From the IMG/VR virus record IMGVR_UViG_3300035682_000026: a stretch of 64,000 bases of DNA, one strand, 5' to 3'. Of the stretch, positions 25,052 through 35,576 are shown in pieces. The stretch comes from an uncultured virus (IMG/VR IMGVR_UViG_3300035682_000026) (Duplodnaviria > Heunggongvirae > Uroviricota > Caudoviricetes). Each line of letters opens with the position of its first letter. The first letter of the stretch is position 1. The translations under genes and the position numbers were made by a program. The notes under the pieces were generated by a model. It had not been told where the DNA came from. It did no database searches and saw only the letters and a program-made list of their open reading frames with translations.

Positions 25052-25598
25052 TCCAATTCTGCCAGTGAGGGTTATTCTGTCGTTCATATTGTATTTGGTG
25101 TTTTTTCATTGAAGTAAAATAATTCTTTGGAGAGAATGTTGTTGGGTCATAGATTGTTGGGCCTTTTTCATAACCAACACATTTAATTACATCAAGCAAG
25201 TCATTAGCATTAAGTTGTCCTCTTAAATCCAAAAGAATTTGTGCATCTATTTCAGCAGCTATTTGTTCACTTAAAATTGCGGTTAATTCTGCTTCAGCAT
25301 CAATATTCCTAAAGGCAGTTAAATCTTGAATCATTTCAGGTGACCAGTAACTTTTTAACTTATGTGAACCATAAGCATCTGTATCTAGATATTCAACACC
25401 ATGAGATTCAGCCCAATTCTTGAATATCTCTATACAATCTTCTCTATCAACACTAAATATCTTAGGTAATTCACGAATAATATCGTTACCATATTCATGT
25501 TCATGATACCTATTAAAAAATATACCATCTTTAACATAGTAATACTTTTTAATATAGTTTAATATTTGACCAAACTTTCTAAATTCATCCATATACAA
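25032..25598 (-). CDS. protein with a T4 gp23-like major-capsid segment
   Basis: KLKSYWSPEMIQDLTAFRNIDAEAELTAILSEQIAAEIDAQIL. Confidence 0.7.
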   Translation of the reverse strand: MYMDEFRKFGQILNYIKKYYYVKDGIFFNRYHEHEYGNDIIRELPKIFSVDREDCIEIFKNWAESHGVEYLDTDAYGSHKLKSYWSPEMIQDLTAFRNIDAEAELTAILSEQIAAEIDAQILLDLRGQLNANDLLDVIKCVGYEKGPTIYDPTTFSPKNYFTSMKKHQIQYERQNNPHWQNWIKNRPS

Positions 25599-25630
25599 GT
25601 ATAAAGATAAATTTAGAATAAGTCAAGTTT

Positions 25631-26344
25631 TTAAGCTAATCTAAGCGGTTTTAAAAATTCTCTTAAGAATGCATTGGTGGGCCCACCAATTTTATCAACC
25701 CATTTTTCGTAGTTGGCTTCGTTGCGTTCTTCTAATTCAGTTTCAACTTTCTTAGATGGTTTACGAACACCATAAGGTAATTTTTCTTCTTGAAAGTCTG
25801 GATAAAGAGTTCTATTAAAAACTCTTTCATCAACCAAGAAAACAAACGCTGTTAATTGGTCACCCAAATCTGGTTCATAGAACTCTGATGTGATAATACC
25901 ATTAAAATACAATGCAGCTAAGTGCTGATTAAGGCTTCCCATTTTTTCTGGGTTATTGTTGGTAGTTCCACCATTAAGGATAATGAATGTTTTATCATTT
26001 TTAGCCCATTTATTATAAATTGCTTCATGTGGTGGTAATCCTTTAACATTTTGTTGATATTCGACTACTGCATGACCAAATTGAATTCCAGCATGTATTG
26101 TACCAGATAATTGATAGGCAACTAATCCATACATACGATATTCTAAATACATAACTGTCTTACGAGGCATTGAGTTAGCTTTAACTTTGCATAACTCAAT
26201 ACGTCTTATAAATTCATCTGATGTTATTTTTTCTGTGTTATATGAATCTTCACATGACACCATGTCAGTATCCCATGACGAAATGTCAAGGATTCTCATA
26301 TTAGCTGATAGGCACCAATCGTACCCTGTTCTTAAATCATTCAT
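25631..26344 (-). CDS. PTH2-like peptidyl-tRNA hydrolase
   Basis: AGIQFGHA...IILNGG...FYEPDLGDQLTA. Confidence 0.65.
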   Translation of the reverse strand: MNDLRTGYDWCLSANMRILDISSWDTDMVSCEDSYNTEKITSDEFIRRIELCKVKANSMPRKTVMYLEYRMYGLVAYQLSGTIHAGIQFGHAVVEYQQNVKGLPPHEAIYNKWAKNDKTFIILNGGTTNNNPEKMGSLNQHLAALYFNGIITSEFYEPDLGDQLTAFVFLVDERVFNRTLYPDFQEEKLPYGVRKPSKKVETELEERNEANYEKWVDKIGGPTNAFLREFLKPLRLA

Positions 26345-26383
26345 TTTTCTTTTGGTTTTTTACTATTTACTATTGATAGTAAA

Positions 26384-26587
26384 CTACCAACTATCGTAGT
26401 CGGTTATGTCTTTTTCTATTGTATTATCACCCCATTTTATTATAACTTTTACGTTACAACCAATACCTGTATGGGTGAAACAATATGTTATTTTTGCACT
26501 TAGATTATCACCATACACAATGTTAATCGCTTGTATCAATTTGTCTAATGTCTTTTGTTCTACTTCGTTTAATTCAAATGATGCCAT
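26384..26587 (-). CDS. hypothetical protein
   Basis: 67 aa, TAATG-coupled to the PARP gene. Confidence 0.65.
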   Translation of the reverse strand: MASFELNEVEQKTLDKLIQAINIVYGDNLSAKITYCFTHTGIGCNVKVIIKWGDNTIEKDITDYDSW

Positions 26588-27879
26588 TAGTTTCCAATTT
26601 CAATTAAATGCGATACAGTACATTGTGCTGCGTTATAAACGATGTATTCATTGTTTCTTAAATCAGCACCACCTTTGGCAAATACTGAATCGTAATCGTC
26701 TTTTTTCAATACTTTATCAGATAATGAATAACAACTAGATGTGTGGTTAAGGATTTCTTTTTGATTTCCTAAATGAACATCAAACAACGCTAAATATGCT
26801 TTATCATCACCACCTTTGGTCCAATAAGAACCTCTCAACGATGAATAACCGATAGATTTCTGTGCTTTATCAGCAAAGTAGATACCATCACCAAACATAC
26901 TACCAGTATGAACAGCACCAGAAGGTCTAATCAATAAACCAGTTTGTAAGATGTTAAACCAGTTCTCATTACGGGAACCATGCCAGTAAAGTCTTCTTTT
27001 CTTAACCTTAGCTTGTTCAAAGTGAGTGTCAAATACTTTTTGTGTTTTGGTATTAACAACCTTAAAGACTTGTTTAACTTGGTGAGCGTTAGGGCCCATA
27101 AGCTTAGTGACAAGAGCAAGTGTTTCAGTATCTTCTTCAACATCAACTCTAAGACCCATTTGGTCAAGGATTGTAATTTGGTCAACTTGTTCTTCTTCTG
27201 GAGCGTCAGCAGCGGCTTTTTGTTGTTTAATCAATTGAACCTGACCTGCCATCGTATCTAATGTAGATTGTTCTTGTCCAATGAATTTTTGTGCTTTTTC
27301 TAAGGAATTAACATCGTTTACATCATTGATAAGATAATCACGTACATTATCCATTCTTCTAGGGATAATGGTATATAATTTAAGTAACAAGTCATTGATG
27401 TCTTTCTTATCAACATTCAAGACCAATTTAAAACTAATAGTATCAATTAATTCCTGAGCAGCATTTACTTGTTGTTCAGATACAGCTTCTTGAGTAACCT
27501 TATAGTTTCTTTGGATTGCTTTGTTTGCAAAGCTCATTAATTGGTCGATAAGTCTTTTAACCACAGAGTTTTTAATCTCTTCAGTTTTAGCAGTAGCTGT
27601 TGAACCACTGGTAGCATCAATTACTGGTTCAGCTAAGAATTCAGTAACATCAGTATAACCTTTTGTTTTAGATAGTTTCTGTTTAAGAACACTATCCCAT
27701 TTGCTTGAAGGTTTAATCTCAGTAGTTAAACTACGTCCAACTCTACCGTATTCACATTTGATAGTACCATCGGAAAGTTCTTCCATGATATAAACTTTGT
27801 TACTATTATCAGTCATTCCGTTATCAACAGAAACATGAATTAATTTGGCGTATCTTAAACCGTTTTCTTTAATTATCAT
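26587..27879 (-). CDS. PARP-like ADP-ribosyltransferase (WGR, regulatory and catalytic domains)
   Basis: YGRVG; LYTIIP; WHGS, GSMFGDGIYFA, NEYIVY (H-Y-E triad). Confidence 0.9.
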   Translation of the reverse strand: MIIKENGLRYAKLIHVSVDNGMTDNSNKVYIMEELSDGTIKCEYGRVGRSLTTEIKPSSKWDSVLKQKLSKTKGYTDVTEFLAEPVIDATSGSTATAKTEEIKNSVVKRLIDQLMSFANKAIQRNYKVTQEAVSEQQVNAAQELIDTISFKLVLNVDKKDINDLLLKLYTIIPRRMDNVRDYLINDVNDVNSLEKAQKFIGQEQSTLDTMAGQVQLIKQQKAAADAPEEEQVDQITILDQMGLRVDVEEDTETLALVTKLMGPNAHQVKQVFKVVNTKTQKVFDTHFEQAKVKKRRLYWHGSRNENWFNILQTGLLIRPSGAVHTGSMFGDGIYFADKAQKSIGYSSLRGSYWTKGGDDKAYLALFDVHLGNQKEILNHTSSCYSLSDKVLKKDDYDSVFAKGGADLRNNEYIVYNAAQCTVSHLIEIGN

Positions 27880-27938
27880 GATAAATTATATTAAATTCTT
27901 TGCAAAGATAAATTAATTATTTCAAATAAAAAATTTAA

Positions 27939-28142
27939 TCACCAATTTTTTGTTACGTCATCAAATAATCCTTGGTTATTAATAATCCAATTATAGAATA
28001 AAGATTGCATATCTGGTGGTACCATGTTTCCATTTACGTAAACCACATCAGTTACAATCTCTAATTCTTGGCCACCTTGTAGTGGCATTCCTGGTGCTAC
28101 TTCTGCAGCGTGTTTTAATCTAAAAACTTTATTTGTTATCAT
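27939..28142 (-). CDS. hypothetical protein
   Basis: 67 aa ORF with TATCTTT element upstream. Confidence 0.6.
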   Translation of the reverse strand: MITNKVFRLKHAAEVAPGMPLQGGQELEIVTDVVYVNGNMVPPDMQSLFYNWIINNQGLFDDVTKNW

Positions 28143-28190
28143 AATTTTATTTTTTTATAAAGATAACAAACAAAGTTCAAAAGTCAACTA

Positions 28191-29231
28191 TTAAACCATT
28201 TTAAAGAACATCTCCCTTACTTTGCTGGAAAGATATTTATTTATTTCTTTAGGTTCAATGTTATTGGTTACCATAGTATCCATTTCTTCTTTTACTACAT
28301 CATTTACAACCCATCTGATAACATCACCCATCTTTTTAACATCGATTGGTTCATCATTAATGAATGTATTTTCAAGTGCTTGATTGAAACGACTTTCAGT
28401 AACTGCATATTCTACAAATTTTTGAATACCCTCCAATTTTTCAACATCAACACTTGCAAGAGTTTTAACCTTAGAACTAGAGTGTTTTTCACCTTTCACC
28501 TTAAAGCGATGAGTGATACCTTTTACTTCAGTTGACCAAACAATACCTTCACCGATTCCAGAGAAGCCAAAAGCTTTCGCTACAGGACATTCTTCTTCAA
28601 CAGCGATAGTAAGTTCAGATAATTGATTTTGAACCAAAGCAGGCATGTTAAAATCAATATCAATTGAAAATGTTTCATAGTCATCAATATTGTAGATTTT
28701 GTTTTCTGGTGATTTCAAATATGAATAATCAACCCAATAAGCTGGTTGGTTTTTTAATTCTTCTTCATCAGCAACGATTGGACTAATCTTAACCCCAAAA
28801 ATAAAGAAAGATTTAGGGAGATTGGTAATACCAACACCTTTTTGAATATTACCACCACACCACTCACCATAAATAGTGACTGTATTATGTTCGTAACTAA
28901 CATTAGTTTTTTCTTGAATCTCACGGAATAACTTATTAAAAGCATCTTTGTTAGATTCAGCAAAGAAAGCGAAAGCTGCGTTATCTTTTTCTGGTGTAAT
29001 GATATTCTCACGAGATTGTGCCCAAAACCCACCATCTTTATTATAAGATACAGCAGCATTGGTTCCATGTAACTTAACAGTACCTTTAAAGGTAAGTGTT
29101 GGTTTAGGTAATGTATGGTCATAAATAGCATCACCATTTTCATCTAACCCAACATAGTTGTAATGTCTGTTTATATTCGTCACGACACTTCTAAACTGCT
29201 CGATAGACGGAAATTTTATCATTTTTTTCAT
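28191..29231 (-). CDS. RNA ligase, Rnl2 family
   Basis: KLHGTN, IYGEW, GEGIV, FKVK. Confidence 0.85.
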   Translation of the reverse strand: MKKMIKFPSIEQFRSVVTNINRHYNYVGLDENGDAIYDHTLPKPTLTFKGTVKLHGTNAAVSYNKDGGFWAQSRENIITPEKDNAAFAFFAESNKDAFNKLFREIQEKTNVSYEHNTVTIYGEWCGGNIQKGVGITNLPKSFFIFGVKISPIVADEEELKNQPAYWVDYSYLKSPENKIYNIDDYETFSIDIDFNMPALVQNQLSELTIAVEEECPVAKAFGFSGIGEGIVWSTEVKGITHRFKVKGEKHSSSKVKTLASVDVEKLEGIQKFVEYAVTESRFNQALENTFINDEPIDVKKMGDVIRWVVNDVVKEEMDTMVTNNIEPKEINKYLSSKVREMFFKMV

Positions 29232-29245
29232 TTTATCTATTTTTA

Positions 29246-29908
29246 TTATTTAACTTTATTATGGATTGGTCGTTTTGAACGTGTTACACGTGTCCTGTTT
29301 AATAATATACCACCATCATCTCTTATTAAACCATATCTTAAAAATAAACCAGTGAAAGATTTATTTAAATCATCATTATCACCAGTAAAATTATAAGTAC
29401 CAATTATAATTCCTAAACCCCAATTATCACCAACCTGTGCAAAGATTGTTGATGAAATCTCAAGCATGATTGGCATTGTTTTAGAAAATGTATAACCAGC
29501 ACCAATTGAAATTTCATTACTGAAAATACCATATTGACATGCATCCATTGTTAATCTACCCTGAATGTATAATTTATTTTCATTATGGTCTTGGTATTGT
29601 GTAATAATAGAATTATCTACCAAATAGCTATCAGAACTATAATTAATTAATTTAGCTTTACCAATAGCCAATCCAACATCTACCATACCTATCGACTTAC
29701 CAAATTCAATATTTTGAGTAATGCGTTCTGATAACGTCTCACCAAGTTGACCAGCACTCATCAAAGAAACAAACATACTTCTAACATACCATGAACTTTT
29801 AACCTTAGTATTGATTACGGAATCTTTACTAATAGATAATGAATCTAGTTTAATTTGACTATAACCACTTATTGTGATTAACAACATGACTAAAATTAAT
29901 TTTTTCAT
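29246..29908 (-). CDS. signal-peptide protein, possible outer-membrane beta-barrel
   Basis: MKKLILVMLLITISGYS; alternating hydrophobic strands. Confidence 0.55.
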   Translation of the reverse strand: MKKLILVMLLITISGYSQIKLDSLSISKDSVINTKVKSSWYVRSMFVSLMSAGQLGETLSERITQNIEFGKSIGMVDVGLAIGKAKLINYSSDSYLVDNSIITQYQDHNENKLYIQGRLTMDACQYGIFSNEISIGAGYTFSKTMPIMLEISSTIFAQVGDNWGLGIIIGTYNFTGDNDDLNKSFTGLFLRYGLIRDDGGILLNRTRVTRSKRPIHNKVK

Positions 29909-29909
29909 G

Positions 29910-30119
29910 TTAATTATTATCAGATAAAAATTGTTCAATTATTTCCTCTTCCTCTTCATCAGTTCCTTCTGCATCATTTAACCATTCAATTGAATCAACC
30001 CCATATTCATCCCAAGAATCCCAAGTCGCATGAATAATGAACTTTCTTCCATCTTCCATTTCCCCATTATAATCGTAAAATGCGGAGATTAATTCTTCGC
30101 TACCGTAATCTATTTTCAT
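29910..30119 (-). CDS. small acidic protein
   Basis: 69 aa, D/E-rich. Confidence 0.6.
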   Translation of the reverse strand: MKIDYGSEELISAFYDYNGEMEDGRKFIIHATWDSWDEYGVDSIEWLNDAEGTDEEEEEIIEQFLSDNN

Positions 30120-30290
30120 ATTATTTTATTTTTATTTTTTATTATTGTTTCACTCATTTTTTTATTAAAGAAAAAATCTGATTTCTTTTTTACTTTATAT
30201 CTTTGATAACCAAAAAATAAGATAAATAATATTACCAAAGGTAATAAGATACTAATTAAAATTCCGATTATTGTGAATATTATTTCCATA

Positions 30291-31697
30291 TTACGTTGTT
30301 ATTAAAGATAATCCAATAGCTGAATTTTGAATTTCAATACATTCTTTTAAAGTATTTGCTTCTATTTTATCATCCCTAAAACCTTTAAATGCTGGGTGAA
30401 GAAGTGAATAATTACCATTACTGTCATGTGATAAACCAGAACACTTAACTTCAATTATAGTACCTAATAATTTGTCTTGATTTTCTGTAATTTCTTTCAT
30501 TAAAGTTTCTTTTAATCCTTGTGGTCTTGTTTTTAGTTTACCACATAAACTTTCAACATTTAATGAACTAATAACATTTTCATTTTTAGTACCTTTAGCC
30601 CCATAGTTAAATCCAGTAATTTTCAAATCTAAATCCAATTCCAATTTACATTTAATTTGCCATGTTGGTTTACCATCTTTCCACTCACCATCCCATGCTT
30701 TAAGGATTGTTCCTTCTTCACCTGCAGCCAATACTTCTTGGAAGTGTGTCATTGCTTGTGCATAGTTATGAACTATAGTGCTTTCAATCATTTTAACACT
30801 AGAAGAATTAGCATTTTCAATTAATCTTTCCAAATACGCTAAACGTTCAGCATACTTAAGTTTAGAAGCTTTGTTGAAATACTCATCAACAGTAAGTCTA
30901 TCCCATACGGTGTATCTGATTTTCTCTAAAGCACCAGTGAAACTACCATGCTTATCTTCAAAGTTGGTTATTTTCTTATCGTTTTCTTTATCAGTTCTGG
31001 AATCACGTTTAGAACAAATATCAATAAGCGATGCAATGATACCATTTGACTCATAACGAGATACACCATCCATAGTTAACTCACCATTAAGTACGCAATC
31101 TTCGAAAGAAGTTAATTCTTCCAAGAATTTAGCACCAGTAAGGATTGTTGGTTCACCTTGGCGGCTTTCCATTTCAACTTCACCATTACGAACAATAGCG
31201 TTGCAATAACGACCATCCATTTTGATTTGTGATATTCCTTTGGCACCTTTTTCAAATACCTTACGAGCTTTCTTCTCATCAAACGATACAGCACCCATAT
31301 AAGGAGTATCTTCAATAAGACCTTTGAATACTTTATTCATGTAAGTGGTACCTAAACCAATTTTACAATCTTTGTCAATGATACGCTCAAGAATATAAGC
31401 ATCATCAGTAGATACACCACTTAAAAGAACTACAAGCCAATTTAATGCATCAGTACCAGTAATGCTTCTATCAGTAATACGTTTCAACCCATCTAACGCC
31501 CATTCTAAAGTTTCACCACCATTGTTAATCCAACTGTATTCTGGAAGTTGTTTAATATAAAATTTAACCCTTTTAGAATTAGCTAAATATAAAACACGTT
31601 TCAACAATTCATTGTCAACATATTTTGTAAGGATTGCAACCTTAGCATTTGTACCACCTTCAGCAGCAATTTCGTCAAAAATTTCTTTAATTTTCAT
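30291..31697 (-). CDS. ATP-dependent DNA ligase
   Basis: KMDGR, LNGEL, EEGTILK, OB domain. Confidence 0.93.
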   Translation of the reverse strand: MKIKEIFDEIAAEGGTNAKVAILTKYVDNELLKRVLYLANSKRVKFYIKQLPEYSWINNGGETLEWALDGLKRITDRSITGTDALNWLVVLLSGVSTDDAYILERIIDKDCKIGLGTTYMNKVFKGLIEDTPYMGAVSFDEKKARKVFEKGAKGISQIKMDGRYCNAIVRNGEVEMESRQGEPTILTGAKFLEELTSFEDCVLNGELTMDGVSRYESNGIIASLIDICSKRDSRTDKENDKKITNFEDKHGSFTGALEKIRYTVWDRLTVDEYFNKASKLKYAERLAYLERLIENANSSSVKMIESTIVHNYAQAMTHFQEVLAAGEEGTILKAWDGEWKDGKPTWQIKCKLELDLDLKITGFNYGAKGTKNENVISSLNVESLCGKLKTRPQGLKETLMKEITENQDKLLGTIIEVKCSGLSHDSNGNYSLLHPAFKGFRDDKIEANTLKECIEIQNSAIGLSLITT

Positions 31698-31748
31698 AAT
31701 GTTATTGTTTTAGAGTGCAAATATAATACTTATTTTTAAACTACCAAA

Positions 31749-32126
31749 TTAATTTTCTTCTTTTTCTTTTGCGTGGTCATCACATAGTGTACATAACCAA
31801 TTTTTAATTTTCCTATTGGTACCATCATTACCACATTTCTCACATGTTTTATATGATAGTCTTTCATATTTAGAAATAACTTCTTGATACCCTTCAGAAT
31901 ATGTTTCAATATAGAATCTAAGCCCACCAAATTTTTCTTTAACCTGAGCAATTCGTTTATCCCAACCCAAAGCAATCAATTCATTTATAAGGTCTTTAAT
32001 TAAAGGATACCAACCTTCATACACACTAAAATAATACGCATCAACGATTGGTCCTTTGTCTTCTCTATACGTTCTTTCTAATCCACCAATGGAAACTAGA
32101 AATTCATCCATTTCTTCTTTACTCAT
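31749..32126 (-). CDS. conserved phage hypothetical protein
   Basis: QVKEKFGGLRFY...CEKCG...TLC. Confidence 0.75.
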   Translation of the reverse strand: MSKEEMDEFLVSIGGLERTYREDKGPIVDAYYFSVYEGWYPLIKDLINELIALGWDKRIAQVKEKFGGLRFYIETYSEGYQEVISKYERLSYKTCEKCGNDGTNRKIKNWLCTLCDDHAKEKEEN

Positions 32127-32128
32127 AA

Positions 32129-33253
32129 TTAAAGCATTTTATATAATAATTTATCATCGTATTTAAATATAAAGTCTTCAACAGACTCTATTTTACCTTC
32201 TGCCAATCCAAAGTATAAACCTGTAAATGGTTTTAAGGTAGTGTTATCACATACCTCAAAAACTTTCATTGCATATCTCTTTTTTTCAGCTGGAGTTATT
32301 TCTTTAGGTTTAGCTAATCTCAATATTTCCCACGTAACATTTAACGTTTCAGTTAATTTATCGTAGTTTTCTTTTAACTTATAAAGTTCATCTTTTCTTT
32401 CTGGGAAAGTTGATGCGAACTCTTCAATCTCATTAGTCTTAACTATTGTAAGGATATTATGTTCAGCTGTTTTACCTTTTAAGTGGTGAACAGCCAGGTA
32501 CGCTGGATTTTTTATTTTAACACGATTAAAATTAGCATCCACAACAACATACCCTTCTTCTGACCATGGCATACCTTCAAATGTATGTAACAAAGCACCT
32601 ATATCTTTCGCATTCAAGTCAAACTTTTTAACCAGTGGTAACCCAAGTGATATAGCAACCATTTCCAAGTCTTTTCCAGATAGTTCTACTAGAGTTTCTC
32701 TGTTTCTAACTGTAAGGATTGTAGCAGATGATTCACCATGTGGTTTAACCACTATATTATATGGTGTAGTTAATTCAAAAACGTATATGTGATTTTTATC
32801 TAACAAACAATTATTAAAATTATATTTGTTATTTACAGTATCCCAAAACAATTCATTGAATGTGGTACCCATTTTATTGTTTACTTCACCTTCACCTTCG
32901 GCTGTACCAGTAGTAGCAGCAAACCATGTTTCTTTATTCCAGTCCCAATATACTTGAATCATGGTACCATCTAGTTTTTCTAACACACTAGCAGTATTCC
33001 AATCTATTTTAGCTGCGTTATTCTCTTGTGAGTTAAAAAATTTTCTGAATGCTAGTGACATTACTTTCCATGTATCTATTTCAAGTATTAACCCACGACA
33101 ATCTTGCATCTCTGGCAACCCCATAAGAGTTGGTGACACTAGCTGGTCATATTTTAAAAGAATTTTTGAAGGGTATCTCTTAACCTTTAATTGAAAGTCT
33201 AAGATTGTTTTTTCTAATCCGTGTTTAATTATATATTTTTGTATTGTTAACAT
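32129..33253 (-). CDS. RNA ligase, T4 Rnl1-like
   Basis: CRGLIL, KFFN, EKLDGT, FEL, EGYVV, RVKIK. Confidence 0.9.
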   Translation of the reverse strand: MLTIQKYIIKHGLEKTILDFQLKVKRYPSKILLKYDQLVSPTLMGLPEMQDCRGLILEIDTWKVMSLAFRKFFNSQENNAAKIDWNTASVLEKLDGTMIQVYWDWNKETWFAATTGTAEGEGEVNNKMGTTFNELFWDTVNNKYNFNNCLLDKNHIYVFELTTPYNIVVKPHGESSATILTVRNRETLVELSGKDLEMVAISLGLPLVKKFDLNAKDIGALLHTFEGMPWSEEGYVVVDANFNRVKIKNPAYLAVHHLKGKTAEHNILTIVKTNEIEEFASTFPERKDELYKLKENYDKLTETLNVTWEILRLAKPKEITPAEKKRYAMKVFEVCDNTTLKPFTGLYFGLAEGKIESVEDFIFKYDDKLLYKML

Positions 33254-33257
33254 AATA

Positions 33258-33617
33258 TTATTCATCAATTGGTTCATCACCATTTTTTCTTCTTAAATCA
33301 TTTATTCTTTTAATAAAATCATCATAGGTTTCACTTTTGTGTTTATCTTTTAAATAATTTGTATAATCATTATTATTTCTTTCCATATTTTCAACTATTT
33401 TCTTCGCAGAAAACATGGAACATATTTGACTAAGTAAATTAATATCTTTTTCATCATACATCAAACTACCCAACAAAACTAAAACACCACCCGATTGTGA
33501 TATCATTAAATCTTTAGAATTTTTACCTTCTAACATAAGGGTTTGACCCATTTCTATAAACTTAGCACTAAGGTCTAAGTGTCTATCTTCATTTTTCATA
33601 TGATTAAATTTTGACAA
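33258..33617 (-). CDS. hypothetical protein
   Basis: 119 aa ORF, start uncertain. Confidence 0.6.
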   Translation of the reverse strand: MSKFNHMKNEDRHLDLSAKFIEMGQTLMLEGKNSKDLMISQSGGVLVLLGSLMYDEKDINLLSQICSMFSAKKIVENMERNNNDYTNYLKDKHKSETYDDFIKRINDLRRKNGDEPIDE

Positions 33618-33704
33618 AAATACAATATATTATAATAACAACCAAATAATATATTAATTATTTTTTTTTTTGTATTATTTTAATATTTATAATAAACCAA
33701 AAAC

Positions 33705-33920
33705 ATGAAAAAAAATCTAATAAACCCAAGAGTTGTTTTTATAGAAACAGACAAAAGCGATGTTAAATCATACTATGCAAAAACAACAACAAAAAAAAGT
33801 TCAACAACTGAAAAAAGTAGTCCTAATGGAGGTCGTGGGATAATAATAATAAGTCAATTTTTATTACAAGAAGATGGGTTTTATTTATTACAAGAAGATG
33901 GGGCTAAACTTTACCTTTAA
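33705..33920 (+). CDS. small protein with LLQEDG repeats
   Basis: LLQEDGFYLLQEDG; TATTTATAATAAA upstream. Confidence 0.6.
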   Translation: MKKNLINPRVVFIETDKSDVKSYYAKTTTKKSSTTEKSSPNGGRGIIIISQFLLQEDGFYLLQEDGAKLYL

Positions 33921-33947
33921 CAATATAACATAAAACTAAAAAGAGAG

Positions 33948-34337
33948 CTATATAGCTCTCTTTTTTATTTCAGTTACTTCACCTGATAATATAAACATTC
34001 TTATATCTTGCCAATCAGTAATATCATTGCTCATTACAGGTTTACCCCCATCTGGATTAATAGCAACCGTTACGTGTGGTATTTTATTTTTGGTTTCAAT
34101 ATCACTTTGAACCGCAACAGCCATTGCCATATCACTAATACCAACTTTAGTTACTGCAAGAAGTTGTTCAGTACCCAAAATACTTTTATCTTTTAATTCA
34201 CCCATGGTTATTGTCATATGATGTGCAATGATTTTGAAATTATCTGGTATTAAATATTTTAAATTATCTAATAATATTTTTCTAGATTCTTCATCTAATA
34301 ACACACAACTATACAATACATTAGTTTCTCCTTCCAT
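33948..34337 (-). CDS. 2H cyclic phosphodiesterase (RNA repair)
   Basis: HHMTI and PHVTV motifs. Confidence 0.8.
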   Translation of the reverse strand: MEGETNVLYSCVLLDEESRKILLDNLKYLIPDNFKIIAHHMTITMGELKDKSILGTEQLLAVTKVGISDMAMAVAVQSDIETKNKIPHVTVAINPDGGKPVMSNDITDWQDIRMFILSGEVTEIKKRAI

Positions 34338-34342
34338 AATTT

Positions 34343-35539
34343 TTATTTATCAGTATAATCTTTTTTAAAAATCCATACATAACCACCAGCTTGTTTTCTT
34401 TTTCCATTACATACAGCATTAATATGAAAAATTTTTGTTTCGTTAAAAGCTTCAACACCAGATTTAAATTCTTTAATTTTATTACCATACATATCTAATT
34501 GAACTATTGGAACACTTAATTTTTCACTAACCATTGGTTTTTTTACACCTTTTCCAATTATTGATAGTTTATTTCTAGTTTCTTCAGATACATTTTTACC
34601 AAACATTGGGTTTTTATTACCTTTTCTATCATCACCTTTACCAAACATTGGGTTTCCTATTCCACATCTATTTATTTTAGATTCTTCAGACCATTTAGTA
34701 CCTAATCTAGATTGACTAACAGAACAAATATTATAACCAAAATTTCTGTTTGTTGAATCATTTTCTAAAATATATTTCTCTTCCAATTTTAATAATTTTT
34801 CTATTTTTATATTATTAAAACTTTCAATTATTTCAAATTTGAAACTTTCTAACCCATGTTTATTGTATGATTTTTGCAAAATTGGATTTTCATGAGTACC
34901 ATTTTTTAAATTATTAAAGTGTTGTTTTTTCCTTAACGATAAAGATTTACCAGTACTACCTATATACACTTTACCATTTTTTAAATTTACTAAGTTATAC
35001 ACACCAACTTTATTATGATAGATATCTTTAGATGCTAAAATATTTTTTAGTGTTAACTCACCCAAATTTTTATATTTTTGAATCATTTTTATTATCTTTT
35101 CTAATGGTACACCGTGTGAATTTCTTTTAGTTAATTCTTCTGGTGATAAATCATCAATTCCAATTTTAATAATTTTAATATTATCATCAGATAATCCAAG
35201 TAATAACCCATTTTCAACATATTGTTTTATTTCACTTTTACTTAAATTAGTGTTATCAATAATACAAGGGGTAATACCATTTTTAATTGAATTTATTGAA
35301 TTATTAATATTAATTAAATGAGCTCTGGATAAATCAGAAAAATTCCCTGATTCAATCATTTTTTTAAAAAAATAGTTATAATCACCTAAGGATTCTATAA
35401 CAGAATCGGTTGAGTGAATAACTCCTTTACCTACTATCTCTCTAGCTTTACTACTTTTACCAGAACCAGAAACACCAACCATAATGATTAATTCTTGTTC
35501 TGGTCTAATTATTTCTATATTTAAAATATTTTTTTTCAT
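34343..35539 (-). CDS. polynucleotide-kinase-like P-loop domain fused to GIY-YIG/NUMOD endonuclease
   Basis: GVSGSGKS, IIDNTN, RNSHGVP; then GVYNLVN...VYIGST. Confidence 0.85.
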   Translation of the reverse strand: MKKNILNIEIIRPEQELIIMVGVSGSGKSSKAREIVGKGVIHSTDSVIESLGDYNYFFKKMIESGNFSDLSRAHLININNSINSIKNGITPCIIDNTNLSKSEIKQYVENGLLLGLSDDNIKIIKIGIDDLSPEELTKRNSHGVPLEKIIKMIQKYKNLGELTLKNILASKDIYHNKVGVYNLVNLKNGKVYIGSTGKSLSLRKKQHFNNLKNGTHENPILQKSYNKHGLESFKFEIIESFNNIKIEKLLKLEEKYILENDSTNRNFGYNICSVSQSRLGTKWSEESKINRCGIGNPMFGKGDDRKGNKNPMFGKNVSEETRNKLSIIGKGVKKPMVSEKLSVPIVQLDMYGNKIKEFKSGVEAFNETKIFHINAVCNGKRKQAGGYVWIFKKDYTDK

Positions 35540-35576
35540 TTTGCAAAAATACTAATAATAAATGATATAAACAACT

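Noticed and set aside
25032..25598. The actual major capsid gene
   Set aside because: Only 188 aa with a ~45-aa gp23-like segment, and no structural gene neighbourhood.
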